A stretch of 64,000 nt of DNA from Octopus sinensis (lineage: Eukaryota): NCBI RefSeq assembly GCF_006345805.1, contig NC_043000.1, positions 44,144,001 to 44,208,000 of the forward strand. Direction: 5' to 3'. A program made the position numbers and the translations under genes. Numbering within the stretch: the stretch's first letter is position 1; each line of letters begins with the position of its first letter. The notes beneath the pieces are model-generated. The model saw nothing but the letters and a program-made list of their open reading frames with translations, was not told the DNA's origin and ran no database searches. Shown here piece by piece: positions 41,339 to 55,289 of this stretch.

Positions 41339-41959
41339 CCCGTAGAAGTTCTTTTCCAAGCAACCTCATTCTCTTTATTCCAAATGTATATTAGAAAGGA
41401 ATCCTAGCACTTTTGTCTATGGGGGAATAGAACAACGACATCGGCCATCGATCTGTGCATCTGGAGCAAGATGTAGAAGCATGTTGTCTTCTCAGTGGTA
41501 TCAACACCACAGTTTGAGCCATTCTATAATGTCACTACTGAAGGTTTCTGTGTGTGTCCGGTCGATTCGTCAATATTTGCATCAAAATGCATCGTAGACT
41601 ACAAAATAATTGCCTCTCTCCTTTCGGCACATATGAAACCATTATCATATCTTTATATTATCGGAATGCGAATTTGAAACAGTGAAACTCTTGATCTTTC
41701 TTTGGCAGCATTTCTGGTGAAATGTCCAGTAATTATTTTATCGTTCCACCGAAAATTACTTCGTTTTTTAAGATATCTTCAGCCATTGGTACACTAGTAT
41801 ACCAATTGTCGGTTGTCAGGTTGCGGTCTGTACGAACGATTAGCACAGCCAGGCGTTGCGTAATGTAATGTGGTCTTTTGGAAAGCTGAAACATACCATC
41901 AGGATGTTTTCAAGGGTACACTTCTATATTGCATATGTTATTAGTTTTTGTGTCACATA

Positions 41960-42354
41960 GGCGCAGGAGTGGCTGTGTGGTAAGTAGCTTGTTTACCAAC
42001 CACATGGTTCCGGGTTCAGACCCACTGCATGGCACCTTGGGCAAGTGTCTTCTACTATAGCCTCGGGCCGACCAAAGCCTTGTGAGTGGATTTGGTACAC
42101 GGAAACCGAAAGAAGCTCGTCGTATATATGTATATATATGTGTGTTTGTGTGTCTGTGCTTGTCCCCCTAGCATTGCTTGGCAACTGATGCTGGTGTGTT
42201 TATGTCCCCATTACTTAGCGGTTCGGCAAAAGAGACCGATGGAATAAGTACTGGACTATCAAAGAATAATTCCCGGGTTCGATTTGCTCGATTAAAGGCG
42301 GTGCTCCAGCATGGCTGCAGTCAAATGACTGAAACAAGTAAAAGAGTAAAAGAG
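41960..42354 (+). mobile_element. tRNA-derived SINE, family A, full length
   Basis: GGCGCAGGAGTGGCTGTGTGGTAAG...AAAAGAGTAAAAGAG; apparent short target duplication ATAG(GC). Confidence 0.9.
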
Positions 42355-42654
42355 AGATAGGCATTGCAGCTTTAGTCCATATTTAGCTGGTTTCAGGGGC
42401 ATATACTGGACAAATCCACATCTGCCTCAAAATTCTTCTAGATGTTTGTCGATAGTCAAAGGCTCAGCTGGATTGTACATCTGACGGAAAGCATCTACCA
42501 CCCTTTCAAAAATGTCTCGAATTGGAGGTATGTGGTCGGTTGTACGACGCTCATTCCTTGTGTATATGTATATGTGTGTGTGTATGCATATATATGTATA
42601 CACACATATATACATGTACACATAAACATACCCACATATGTATGTATATTTATA

Positions 42655-42689
<35 letters not shown>

Positions 42690-44897
42690 GCACATACACA
42701 CACATATCCGTTCCATTTGTTCCTTGTCAGAATATCCTCCTTATTACACCTTCCGACAAAAATAAAACGTCTGTCCAACTCCTATATTGTGTTACAACAT
42801 AGCTGATTCCCCTGATAGATAGGTATATTTTACATATTTGCTTTGTATTTTTATACGTTTGCAATAATTTATTTTCTTAGGCTGTCCCTTAAGATCATAT
42901 CCCCTTAGTCATATTGCTTTAGTTATCGTACTCACTCACATACTCATTTACTTATTTACTGGTCTAAATTTAATTTAATTTAATCTAGTTTGAATGGTAT
43001 TTTGCCCTCCTACGTTCCCATAATTGCCACGTTTTCTTTAATCCATTTACTTTCAAATTTATTCACTGAATTATTTATTTATCTGATTTCATTTTGTGTT
43101 ATCTGTTAACCATCAATGAACCGGTACCGCGTCATAGTTTTAAAAAGATAGCTGACGAATTACGTTGCAGGACTGACCACAATCCCCACCCCACTGCACA
43201 CAAGGTTTCAGGTACGTTATAGAAATATATTGTCAAGCATTACTGAAATGCAGTAACAGGATTCCATGGTTTTATAAGGTGGCAAGCTCACAAAATCGTT
43301 AGTATGCCGGGCAAAATCCTCAGAAGCATTTCAACTTTATTTTTGTTCTATGTTGAAATTTCGTTTTGGGGCTTCGTAATATAAGTACTAGTTGAGTACT
43401 ATGTTCGCTATTATTGACTTACCCCAGATTCAAACTTTCTGGCGTTCATCTAAATCTTCAACCAGTATGACGATGATTTAGTTTTTATATTTCCCAGACC
43501 AGTACCTGAATATGTACTAATTTACAGTAAGCTAAATGCTCAGCATTTACAACTAAATCTTGTAGTTTTGTACATTGATGCTATATATGTACGATCATAT
43601 CAATTACAGTATTAACGAGCATTTGCGTGACGTAGGCATTAGCACAATATCATAACAGCATTGTTTAAAGAATTTAAACTACGCATTTAATTTCTGTGCC
43701 TCGAGAATATCATGAGTAAATAAACATGCATTGCATATATGTTATCAACACATTTACTGAATGAAGTAGGACGTCTTATAAGTGCAGGAATATCATTTGA
43801 TGATATCATATTGCCTGCCACAGTTTAATAGAAACAACATGTAATGGATAACATACAAGCACCTAGTTCACAGAACAACTCCATGAGTAACTTATTCACG
43901 GAATATAGATAAAACCGCGTGGTTATTTGAAATCAACTAATATTAATTACAAATGATATTGAATTATGGCTTCAGTAATTTCATTGAGAAATATGCTTCA
44001 AGCAAAATCTGGATTCTGATTTTAATGCGTCCAAATGATATGAATGAATCTATCTTTTAATGTGCATATATTTGTTAATTGGATTACATCTGCAAAATTC
44101 TGTTACAGCTACATGTCATAAAGATGCATTATGCAATATATCTTCAATTATATGTTTGTAACATGCAGTGATTTTTGATTACGCAACACTCTATGTGTCA
44201 CGTATTGATTAACTGATATCAGTCTTTGGCTTCGAACTGACATGTTTGTTAGAAATTATCTGTGTCTATGAACTCTTAAATGATGAGATCACATATTAAA
44301 AATTCAAACGGTCACAATCAGAATCTTGTGCATATTCTCAAGTAGAATATTACATGAGCAGAAATTACGTATATGCATTTCCACGTGCTTATAATTCTGT
44401 GCAATGGTGTTTTGTAAATGTCCATCATTAAATATAAATTATTCCTCACCAAATATAATCAATGACTGTATAAAAAAAAATTCCTGTATGTGTGAGTAAA
44501 TATCGATCATAATTCAAATTCAGACACAATTCAGAACAGGTGAGTATTCAACATTAATAAAGTTTTTTTTATGACGCTCGGTCGTACGTCATAAATGGTG
44601 TGTGCGTGTGTGTGTGCGCGCGTGCTTGCATATGGATGTATTTGTGTGCATGAGCTCCGATATAATTTATAACGCACGACTAAGAGACAATAAAGATGCT
44701 TTATTTTTCGGCTTGTGGAGAAGCAGCGCTCACGAATTCTGAATTATGTCCGTACCATAAGACATAACGCATTGATTTGATGTTTTGACGTTAACTCATA
44801 CAGGTGAAAATTTATTGAAACGTATATGAATCATAATTTGATATCATCGAATACTATGCATACAATGATGATCACATACAAACACAATTATGCACAC

Positions 44898-45044
44898 TTG
44901 TAGATATGTCGTATATTTATCAAAATGATAATGGATATATCTTGTTTCAAGGTTGCCATGCCAATACGCACACGCGAGTATAGAAATTACAAAGACGAAT
45001 ATCACGACTACTACCAAACGTAAACCGCTATTTATAAAATACAT
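44898..45044 (-). CDS. Candidate first coding exon of a type II membrane or secreted protein
   Basis: AAAAATG start; MYFINSGLR-LVVVVIFVFVISILACAYW-HGNLETRYIHYHFDKYTTYLQ; weak donor CAA|gtgtgc. A competing plus-strand reading also exists. Confidence 0.3.
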
Positions 45045-46631
45045 TTTTCTTTGCTGGCATGTGTTCTACTGAATGACATTTGGGTCTTAGCCAAATGAGC
45101 TTCATCCTGGCAGAAGTTAAGTCTGGCCTCATAGCATAGCATACGTACTGACATATTGTGCATTAGAGCATATATAACTGCAGAAAACAGTTTATAGTTG
45201 AATGCGTTTCCTACTGTTATTTATATATGTAGAAAAAAATTATTTGTAATTTAGCGCATTGTTTGCAAAATTCCTTACTTTTCCGATTCTTATATTTAAA
45301 AACAGTAAAAGTAATACAAAGTTTGTAGTATTTCAACTAGCTTCAGCTGTTATACATATTGCTTAATATATCAGAATTGAATAAATAGGAATTTTAGCTT
45401 ATTTCGATATTGGATATAATATATTCGGTATTTCACTGATAAAATTGTTTTTTTTTACGCTATGTCAAATATATTTATTAATGCTCTGTTTGGTTAGCAT
45501 ATGTCTGTTAGAATATTATTTAACTCTATATTGTATGACCTTCCTCGCATAAATGACACGATTCGTCTCAAAGATAACGTTGGTTTACATATATAAATTT
45601 CATTATGTCTTAAGTACTATCGTTAATATTCGGAGACCTTCCGTAGAACGTGTTAAATATACGCAACAGAAAAGGAAATTAGTATTAAGAGTTTTATTAG
45701 ATACTGCTCCGCAACATATAAAATCACAAACCTAATCGTGAAGTGGAGCAAATTTATATAGGACAATAACTAAAGCACCAGTAAAAATCCCTGTTATCGA
45801 CGCAGCAATATGGTTTTAAAATTTTATCTTACTCAAAAATGATGTATTGAGCACGCTTTCTGGATCGCTTCTATGGAGATAGTTTGGACACTGGAATTAC
45901 ACTGTCACAATGATTGGAGCGATAGCATAAATAATTATTTGTTGAAATACTGACATTAGAACCGCTATGATGTCAAACTTGTTTGAACATGATTATGGAT
46001 TGAATGCCAGGAAACTAAAATAATGACCGATCAATTACACTAGTTTATTTAATGAATATACATGATCTGCTTCAATTCCACCGTGTTTGTTTTCGATTGT
46101 TAACATGTTACAGCGTCGATTAACTCAAGGACGGCATAGTAACAATTATTTAGCGCTGTTGCTAATCTATATTTCTTTTGTAGTCTTGCGTCCATTAGTT
46201 TCCTTCAATGCAATTAAATTAATCTTAAATCCGAAGACACAATGATAATTCAACTTTTAGCAACGTATTTCTTTTATTGGTGGGTAACGATATTTAAATC
46301 GAATCTATTAGGGATATTTTCGTTAGGTACCTGTGAAGGAAGATAATAATATGACATTTGAAGATTAACGTAGGTACTTTAATGTCCGTTTGGAAATGAT
46401 AGTTCTATACATGAAAAATAATACTGAAAATGACATGGTTTATTATGCAGAGAGGTGTGCTAAACTAGCAACAACTCCAGCAACGCCTTAACAAAGAAAG
46501 TTGATGATTTAAGGAACATAGCCTAATGACTGATCAGGTGTCCCATGTTAGCTTGAAACAATATTTTATCTGTGTGGAAAAAATACGCACAGGAATATAT
46601 AGGGAAATACATATTTCTACCCAGTCTAGAT

Positions 46632-46810
46632 GAGCTGGTAAAATCGTTAGCACGCCGAGGAAAATGCTCAGCGGCATTTCGTCCGTCTTTAAGTTTTGAG
46701 TTGAAATACCACCGAGGTCGACTTTGCCTTTCATCTTTTTGGGGTCGACAAAATAAGCACAATCTGTGGATTTGGGCCGATGTAATTAACTTACCCTTTC
46801 GCGGAAATTT
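46632..46810 (+). mobile_element. SINE family E
   Basis: GAGCTGGTAAAATCGTTAGCACGCCG...CCGAGGTCGACTTTGCCTTTCATC. Confidence 0.75.
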
Positions 46811-48940
46811 GAGAATATTGTAGAAAAGATTACCGAATCTTACGTTAACGCCTGTCAAATTGAATGAACACCAAATGTTATTGTCTCACTCAGGCAGTTA
46901 TTAATTATTAACTGATAAATATTGTAGATTTCTATTAAAATCAATTGCTTTTCAAATATTGAATATCATTTCGAAATATCCTTGTAGCTTTCAAAGCAAC
47001 AATCACTCTGATATGCAACGTTATTGTGAAGGACATAAAATAAACGAACGTTCTTAAATGATTGAAGATGTAGGTAAAAACAAATGAAGCCAAATTATGT
47101 AATCTTTCTATAGTCAATAATTTCATTATGTGTAAGAGAAAAAGCAACTAAACTACAAAGGCTTTGCGGTATCTGTTTTTCCCGAAAAAAATAGAGGAAA
47201 AAAAATCAGCTGTCAAAATGTCAGATGTTTGTACGTGAAACATGGAACAGTTTTGTGCTTGAACTCTGTGAAATAATTCTTTCTATTTTGTGTATAGTTT
47301 TCAATGAATATTTGACATGGGCCTGTCTAGTCTCCTTCATTTCCTTATATAGCATTTTTTTCATTTTCTCTCGTTTTAAATATAAGTAACATCTGATATT
47401 GTTCATATTTGTTAACGTCGGTCCTACCTGGTGTAAATGTACAAGGACTGACTAGCCTGCTTGAATAGAAACTATTATAGATTGGAAATTCTGCTATATT
47501 TACTCCATCACAAGATTTCTTTGTTTAGGATTGATTGTGAATTGTTTTAGGGATGTATACATGGTTGACACTTGTCCTATAATGGGCAAATGGTGTCCTG
47601 TTTTGAAGTTTAATTTAATGCCAAGTAAATAGACAATGTAAAGGTTAGAGACAATATACATACAGTATATATAAGACAAACGATATGCATATCTCTTGAA
47701 TTATGTCTGCGTCTCTACCGTCCGTACTGATGCTGTTTCCCTAACTATATTTATACAATCTTGATTTCTTGATAAGTTCACACGCTTATGAACAAAAATA
47801 CGTTCCAGTATATGCAAGGGGAACAAGAAAACTTACGATATGCACACGAACATATTTGTTTGTGAATTAAAGTTAATTCCCATCATTTTTAACAATTCGG
47901 TATTCAGCTTACTCTCACAAGTATATTGATTATAGTGTCACATAGATTTGAATTAAACCTACATCATCACCTACCTTCATGATTCTGATGATGTGACTGC
48001 TTATTTCTAGAAGGGCATTGTAGCGTAGGTCTGAAATGTAGGATATGGTTGGTTTGAAAATTAAATAGGTGGAATATTGGTCCTGTTATGTCTGTGAGAG
48101 TTTTCACATTCAAACACGCGAATGTGTCTGTCAGATGATATTGTAGGAGATGTCAAAACATGTTTGTGTGCATTGTATTAACGGCAGTTATCAACAGAAC
48201 TTAACTATCTACCTGATAGAATATTTATATATCAACCGACTGTATTTAGATTATTGTTTATGAGCGGGAGAAAATATCCTCGGTTATTGCTTTTACCAGA
48301 AAGCATTCTGCATTGGTTTAGAGCCAATAATAGGTCATCATTTAATGGTCTTTGAAATCGTTAATTCTTCCTTAATAAATTCCAGGCAAATAGAGAATTT
48401 TTATTATGTCGTTACTTGTTGTTTCACGATACAACCTATCTATTTACTGAAAATCTAAACTTGCCTCCATTATACGCGAACTATTGGGTCCATGTTGAGG
48501 GAAGCTTTCCGATAATTCATCTTCAGTTCTGTCAATGATACATCATAGAAGTATTTAAAATAGACAAGCATTCTAAAACATAAATTAACACATCATTTTT
48601 ACTAATGGAGCTCACAATAATGTGTGGGTATTCATTTATGTAAATGTCATATAGCCTCCCACATCTAAAACTGCAGCTACAAACACCTCCAAACTCAGTT
48701 TGTGGCCACATCAGCTTCCTTAAGACTTCCGGTTCATTATAAAGCATCATTTTACGAATGTTAATAAAGAACAAATTAATGCCCATACAAAAAATACCTG
48801 AATTTCACACACCCAAAATGTACATATATTTTTTATCATTTAAAACCACGACCAGCTGAACTGAAAGAACCACAGTATACTCAAACAAATCAAACCAATC
48901 CAAATCTCCTCCCAATTGCTATAACGCGGTATCATACAAA

Positions 48941-49182
48941 TACAGGGGTAGCCCAAAAGTAGGTTTACCGTTATTCAAATATCTCTTTTGCATCCATATA
49001 TTAACAGTTTAGGTCTTAATTATAATAAACAACATGAATCTATCATTCTATGCTAATTTATATACCTTTGTCAAGCTCCCCTTTCAGTTTGTAAGATAGA
49101 TATTTAAATGTAATAAAATCTTTTAAAAGAAATTTAAATTGTTTACGCTGTAATTGTAAAACTAGTTTTGGATCCCCCTGTA
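48941..49182. mobile_element. Tc1/mariner-type MITE
   Basis: TA-CAGGGGTAGCCCAAAAGTAG...CTAGTTTTGGATCCCCCTG-TA: imperfect TIRs with TA target duplication. Confidence 0.75.
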
Positions 49183-49896
49183 TAATTTCTTCGAATCCTC
49201 TCCTATCCAGTTTGCTACGCGTCTACGTTACCCGTGCTATCTACACCACACCTGCAACAAAAGCTTATATAGCTTCAAATACCTCCATAAACAACTTCTC
49301 AAGTACAATATACAGTACAAAAACCCAACTATATTGCAATCCGATAAACATTAGCTAACCAAAATTTCCACCAAATTGTAATTAACCTTTACTCTACTTA
49401 ATGCAATTGGCAACAATTTAGTTTGATGTTAATTTGTATTCTTCAGTATAACTGACAGAAAGTAAAAGTTCTCTCTCACTCTCTTACTCTCTCTCTCTCC
49501 CTTTCCCTCTAAATCTATATGCACCTATATATATATATATATTACGCCAGCAGACGCCGACCAAGAATCATTACTGTTGCTCCCATTGGAACACAAGGTA
49601 AAATCTATAATGAACTCCTCGCCTTTTCAAGAACATGGATTTTTTTTATATTTGACTCTATTGAATGTATGTCACAATTATGAACTGTTCCATCATACTC
49701 TTTAAGCATATAGCATGGACTCTCTTTATTATAATTTTTTTTTTTTTGATAAGGTTCGTTATTTCAAGAACCGAAACATGTAAAATTAAAATTTATCTAA
49801 TATAACCGCATTTTCAAACTTCATTTTTTACAAATATATACCCACTCGTATACGAGCTACTCTTATTATAAATATATATATATATATATATACATA

Positions 49897-50170
49897 TATA
49901 GGGTGGCGAATATTTTTTAGAAATTTCACCACCAGGGGCCTAGCATGTATTAAAAGTCAATAGGCAACATATTATCTGCGAAAATTGCTCTTAAATATGG
50001 TTTTGATCGTTTTGATTGCATCTTCTAGCGTGTAATCATTACCTGTTAAATGTAGTTATCTCTTGTATTTAAATGTACACTATTTTTTATTCAGAAGATG
50101 TTGTCTATTGACTTTTTTTACATGTTAGGCCACTGGTGGTGAAATTTCTAAACATATTCGCCACCCTATA
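49897..50170. mobile_element. MITE with about 75-bp TIRs, related to the 28.1 kb MITE
   Basis: TATAGGGTGGCGAATAT...CACCACCAGGGGCCTA mirrored by TAGGCCACTGGTGGTG...ATTCGCCACCCTATA. Confidence 0.85.
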
Positions 50171-50532
50171 TATTTTACGAATACGATTTTAGCATTTCGA
50201 AGTTCGGTTCGGCATTTGTAATTGACTCCCGACTGAAACTGCGCTTGCGCGGTGAATTTTGAAAACATAACATCATATAATGATGAGACACTTGTTATTT
50301 GTCTCTAAATTATATGTTAATGTTACGGCATGGTTAGTGATGAGGATTTTCCTAGCAAATTATTTTATTTGCTAAAGAAATCTGAAACCTAGGTATAACG
50401 AGGTAATTTTTTTTTATTTTTGATTCCCTTCGAAAATTACTCTTAAATGTGGTTTTGGTCATTTTAACAGCTTTTTCTAGCCTGTAAAAATGACCTGTTA
50501 ATGGTTGTTTTCTCTTGTGTTTAAATGTACAC

Positions 50533-50612
<80 letters not shown>

Positions 50613-50618
50613 CTATAT

Positions 50619-50667
<49 letters not shown>

Positions 50668-50671
<4 letters not shown>

Positions 50672-50955
50672 GCACGGCTGTATGGTAAGAAGCTTGCTTC
50701 CCAACCGTATGGTTCCGAGGTCAGTCCCACTATATGGTTCTTGAACGAGCATTTTCTAATATAGCCTCGGGCGGGCCAGAGCCTCTGAGTGGACTTGTTT
50801 GACGGGAACTGAAAGAAGCTCGTGGTATATATGTATATATTTATATGTATGTCTTTGTGTCTCTGATTGCCCCGCCCCCATCGGTTGACAACCGATGTTG
50901 GTCCATTTATCTCCGTAAATTAGCGGGTCCATAAAAGAGAGGGATAGAATAATGA
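50668..50955 (+). mobile_element. tRNA-derived SINE, family A (diverged, truncated)
   Basis: GGCTGTATGGTAAGAAGCTTGCTTCCCAACC...; follows (TA)n. Confidence 0.75.
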
Positions 50956-51229
50956 TATTCATGTTGGTAGGTTTCCTTATATTATTTATTTTTCATAACT
51001 CTTTTCATAAATTTCAAAACATCTTGCCCTAGCCCTTAAATTGAAACTATCCGTAAATAAATTTTAGTATTCCCTAGACCATTACTAGTTCACACTTGTA
51101 TCTACGGATCTCGTAGCCCCAAGATTGTAGATTATATGCTATTGATATCCTTGGCTTCTAGTCTTCCTTTCTAGGCCATGTTTTCTTCCCTATTCTTTCT
51201 TACCTTTCCGTATACTGGATGCTCTTGTT

Positions 51230-51322
51230 TTTTACTCTGATGAAACTCCGTGCCTTAATTCGAATGTCCTGTAATTATTTATAGACAGTGATTGGCAACG
51301 GATGCGGAAACGGCCGTAAGAT
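51230..51322 (+). ncRNA. Hammerhead ribozyme motif (isolated, PLE-type end)
   Basis: CTGATGA-aactccgtgcc...ggcaacggatgcg-GAAAC-ggcc-GTA; palindromic helix III ACGGCCGT; helix I weak. Confidence 0.6.
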
Positions 51323-52389
51323 TTGTTACGTCATTATTTGTTACGTCATGCTTTATATAAAAAAATACGCTATAAATTTTGTCCAATCGATGTGTTTGTT
51401 AATCTGAGGTTTTCTCTATTTTCTGATTGTTTGTATTTGTTTCCTGATAAACACTTGTTTATCTCTACGTGTATAATGTGCCTGCACACCAATGCTCGGT
51501 GAGAACACGGGTAACAGATTCCGATAGTACATAGGGATATTTTATCCCTTAGTCGGTTATTATAATCGCTAACTCTATTTACACGGTATATAAGGGTGTT
51601 ATATTTCTTGGCACATCTTTACTTATTAGATTCTAAGTTGCTACAAACTGAAATTTGACGATGAAATAGCTGCTTAAGAATAGAAAAAATTGTACAAGAC
51701 AAAATGTTTTTTAAAAAAGGGAGAACAGGAGAATTCCCGGGAAAAAATATGTAGATTATTGGCTATTGAAGAAACCAATAAATGTTCGTTAAATGACAGC
51801 ACTTCTTGGAAATCATTTGAAAAACGCAAGAAGCTTATTAAATGATGGATAAGTGTTAACACAATAGTATTTATCAAGTAACTGAGAAAGGAATATTTAC
51901 ATAGTGGTGTAAGAAATATATTAAATTCAACTGGTGTTCAAATCTCACCAGAAAATTTACTCAATCGTCAACCCAGAATAATGCATTAATCCGACGGAAA
52001 TTTACTTTTATCCTGAAACATACATTTGTAACTATGTACAAACAATCTGATATTACAATATATGCTTGCATTAGAGCATGTAAAAATTCCAAAAAATTCC
52101 ACTATTCAAAAGGAACAGTTGATACAATTACGTAACGAATAATTAGCAATGAACATTCTTTCCTTGCAAGAGAGTATGTACCATCAATTTAAAATTTCGA
52201 ATACCTTACTTTCAAAAGAGTACATAGATGAATACTTACAGTCATATGTGCAGTATTATCGATTGAATAAAATAGGAAATATACTTGGCAATTGCGCCTT
52301 AAACTACTGAATTGAATCCGCAAGTATTGTAAGATCAAAACTAATTTATATAAATAAATTTACGCTCCATTTAATGGACACAACAATTG

Positions 52390-52537
52390 GTCAGCATATA
52401 CACACATATATATATGTGTGTGTGTGTGTATGTGTGTATGTGAGTGTGTGTGTATATGTATATATAAATAAACATATATATATATGCATATACATATATA
52501 TAAATATATATATGTATATCTATATATATATGTATAT

Positions 52538-52591
<54 letters not shown>

Positions 52592-52687
52592 TATATATAT
52601 AAATATATATATATAAATATATATATACATGTATATATACTATACATATATATGTATATAAACAAATATACATGTAAATATTTACAT

Positions 52688-52744
<57 letters not shown>

Positions 52745-52757
52745 ATATATATATAAG
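52390..52757. repeat. Long interrupted (TA)n/(TG)n microsatellite
   Basis: Seen directly. Similar tracts occur at 5825-6130, 17740-17830, 50535-50665, 58145-58215 and 60270-60470. Confidence 0.95.
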
Positions 52758-53024
52758 AGTTGCGAACTCTCAGACCTTCGAACTCTTATATATTTCATTG
52801 CTCTCCTCATTCTTATGATTTGAACTCTTTCAAGTCTAAAGTATATTCATTTCATTGAACCTAATTTCTCCTTCATCATAGTCTCTTACAATAAATGACT
52901 TCCAGCCTTTTTAGGGGTTTTCCTAAAAAATACCACATGAGAATGTAGTAGAACAGAACGTCAGAAAGTAAAAATTTAGCTAACTAGTAGTACCAGTTAG
53001 AAACCGCTTCTCAGTTGTTCGCTC

Positions 53025-53140
<116 letters not shown>

Positions 53141-54239
53141 CGTATTAGTAGTGTGAATGTTCATTTGAGTCAATGTTATGATTCTTAGTTACATGAAATA
53201 AGTTCAGTTAGTTATGAATTAATTTTGATAAATATTCTTGGAAGTTTAAAGGCTGGATTATAATGCTTTAAACGAAATAATCACAAGTATATATCTATAT
53301 GTACCCAAACTAATTAGACACTCATTGATTAAATATATACATATTGAATATGTAAGCACATATTGATGTAAATATGTAAATTGATTAAACATGTAAGATA
53401 AGAATAATCATCATTGAATATATAATGAATACTTATATCAAAAAGTACAACAAACCATTATTTAAATCTGAGGTCAAATTTGATGTTAATATGAGCAAGA
53501 CATTTGTGTAAATTTCATCTCATGATATCATATTATTACGCCCTGAACTCTCTATAACGATATATACGTATTTATATAGTCATGTTTATATTTGAGTGTG
53601 TGTGTGTGTGTATATGAATGCGGGCAGTTGGATGTGAGTGAACGTGTGCGATTATTTGAATCCATAAATACGTCTTTTAATAGTTTATGAGAAATAGGCA
53701 CTTTTTTATATTCATCATAAATAATGAAAAATAAAATAATGAAATATTTAGAGCTACAGAGGAATAAAAGAACTGAAAGTAATTTCAAAAAGTCTGAGAA
53801 AATTAAATATTACTGCGAATGACAGTGTACATAAATTTATTTAGTCTAATATAATACGTTGTAATTAATGCAAAAGAGTAGATAAGTTAATTGTGGAACT
53901 AAATTATTTTTGGAGATACAGCTTATGAAATCGCCACTGTTCTTGACAAATATCTCTCCCCTCAACGTGTCCACTCAAACACCGGCACGCCATTATTAGA
54001 AAAGGGCCCACAGGGAATTCAGAGTTTACAATTATGCATTTTATAAGACAGTATGATAAAGGCTAGCAGTTCAAATACCGATGTCACCCCACCCCAGTTT
54101 CCCTTAAAAATGCTCAACTAAAATATATTCTAATAATTAAAGTGTAAATCATTCACGTTAAGTTTGCATTTCATGTATGTATATATTGACAGGAGAATAT
54201 TCAAAAATATTAATACACACATATATATATATATACCAG

Positions 54240-54520
54240 AGTAAGCACTTAAATGCGAAACGAGGTAGAAAAGATAGTGCTCGAGTAACAAAGGTAGAGT
54301 AAGATGTTTTATGAAAGAGCAGCAAAAATATCAGAAAAATTGTTACTCATAGTTTCACGTTCCCGTTCGTCGGACAGTTTTGTTTAGAATGGAACAAAAA
54401 TAAGATTATAAGCAAAAATATACAATTATTTTAATAGATACACATTTGAAAATGGCTTTGTTCCGTTGGTCCTTTCAGCTAACGGTCTTTTTCATGACGA
54501 TTGCATGCAATGAATAAATT
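54240..54520 (-). mobile_element. PLE 3' terminal repeat with variant HHR (54336-54381)
   Basis: Inverted homologue of 56200-56365. Minus strand reads aaactgt-CCGACGA-acg-ggaa-cgt-GAAAC-tatga-GTA-acaattt. Confidence 0.7.
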
Positions 54521-55289
54521 GCGGTATGAAAACATCATCTTATAAAAATCGAAGAAAGCCTTAAATCGAAAATAAATTTTAAATAAGGGCATAGCCTGAA
54601 TACCTAGGGCAAATAATTATCTATAAAATAAAAATAAAAAGTTATATCTGCTTAAAAAAATTCACGTAGGATTACGTATAGGTTTGGCAGTATATACACC
54701 TATCAAACCATCTATAATATACATATATACACTAATCATACAGACGCATGTACATAGCTACATATATATATACAGGCATATACAGGCAAGACATAAATAT
54801 ATATGCGAATGCATATATATGTATGTACGCACACACATGCACGTGCACAAAATCTCCTGGCATATGCTTATACAAGTTCGGTATTGCAGGCGAAAGAAAG
54901 AGAAGAAAAAGATCAGAAAATATTAAGTATGGGGTTGGGGAAAACAGTGGAAGAGAAGAAAAATACAAAAAGATATAAAAGAAAGAGAAACAGAAAAGTA
55001 GAGAGAGATAGGGACAATAGATAGGGATAGAGAGCGTCACATCATGGCTTTCGAAATTATCTTACACAGCCACAGCAGGAAATGTATTAGGACATGAAAT
55101 GTAAAAGCCGGACTAGACTATTTTATGCGCAACTCCATTGTCTCCCGGGACAAACAGGATGCTAACTAATACGTATATATATATATACACATACACACAC
55201 ATGTATACGCCCACACACATATACATATACATACATATGCATGCTTACAATATATTCATACACATAAATACATAGAGACATATCATCAC

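Larger units (their letters stand above)
41030..42560 (-). pseudogene. Degraded piggyBac transposase interrupted by a SINE
   Basis: [51 protein letters not shown]; NLTTDNWYTSVPMAEDIL; MVSYVPK; QKPSVVTL*NGSNCGVD; RWPMSLFY; C-terminal Cys-rich remnant (RCPFSDRKVR...CSKF...CKDC). Confidence 0.9.

Noticed and set aside
40942-41394. 150-aa plus-strand ORF
   Set aside because: It is antisense to the degraded piggyBac C-terminus and includes the 19-bp tandem repeat.
48480-48790. Possible Tc1/mariner transposase remnant
   Set aside because: Similarity to the WPxxSPDL region is too weak to support by eye.
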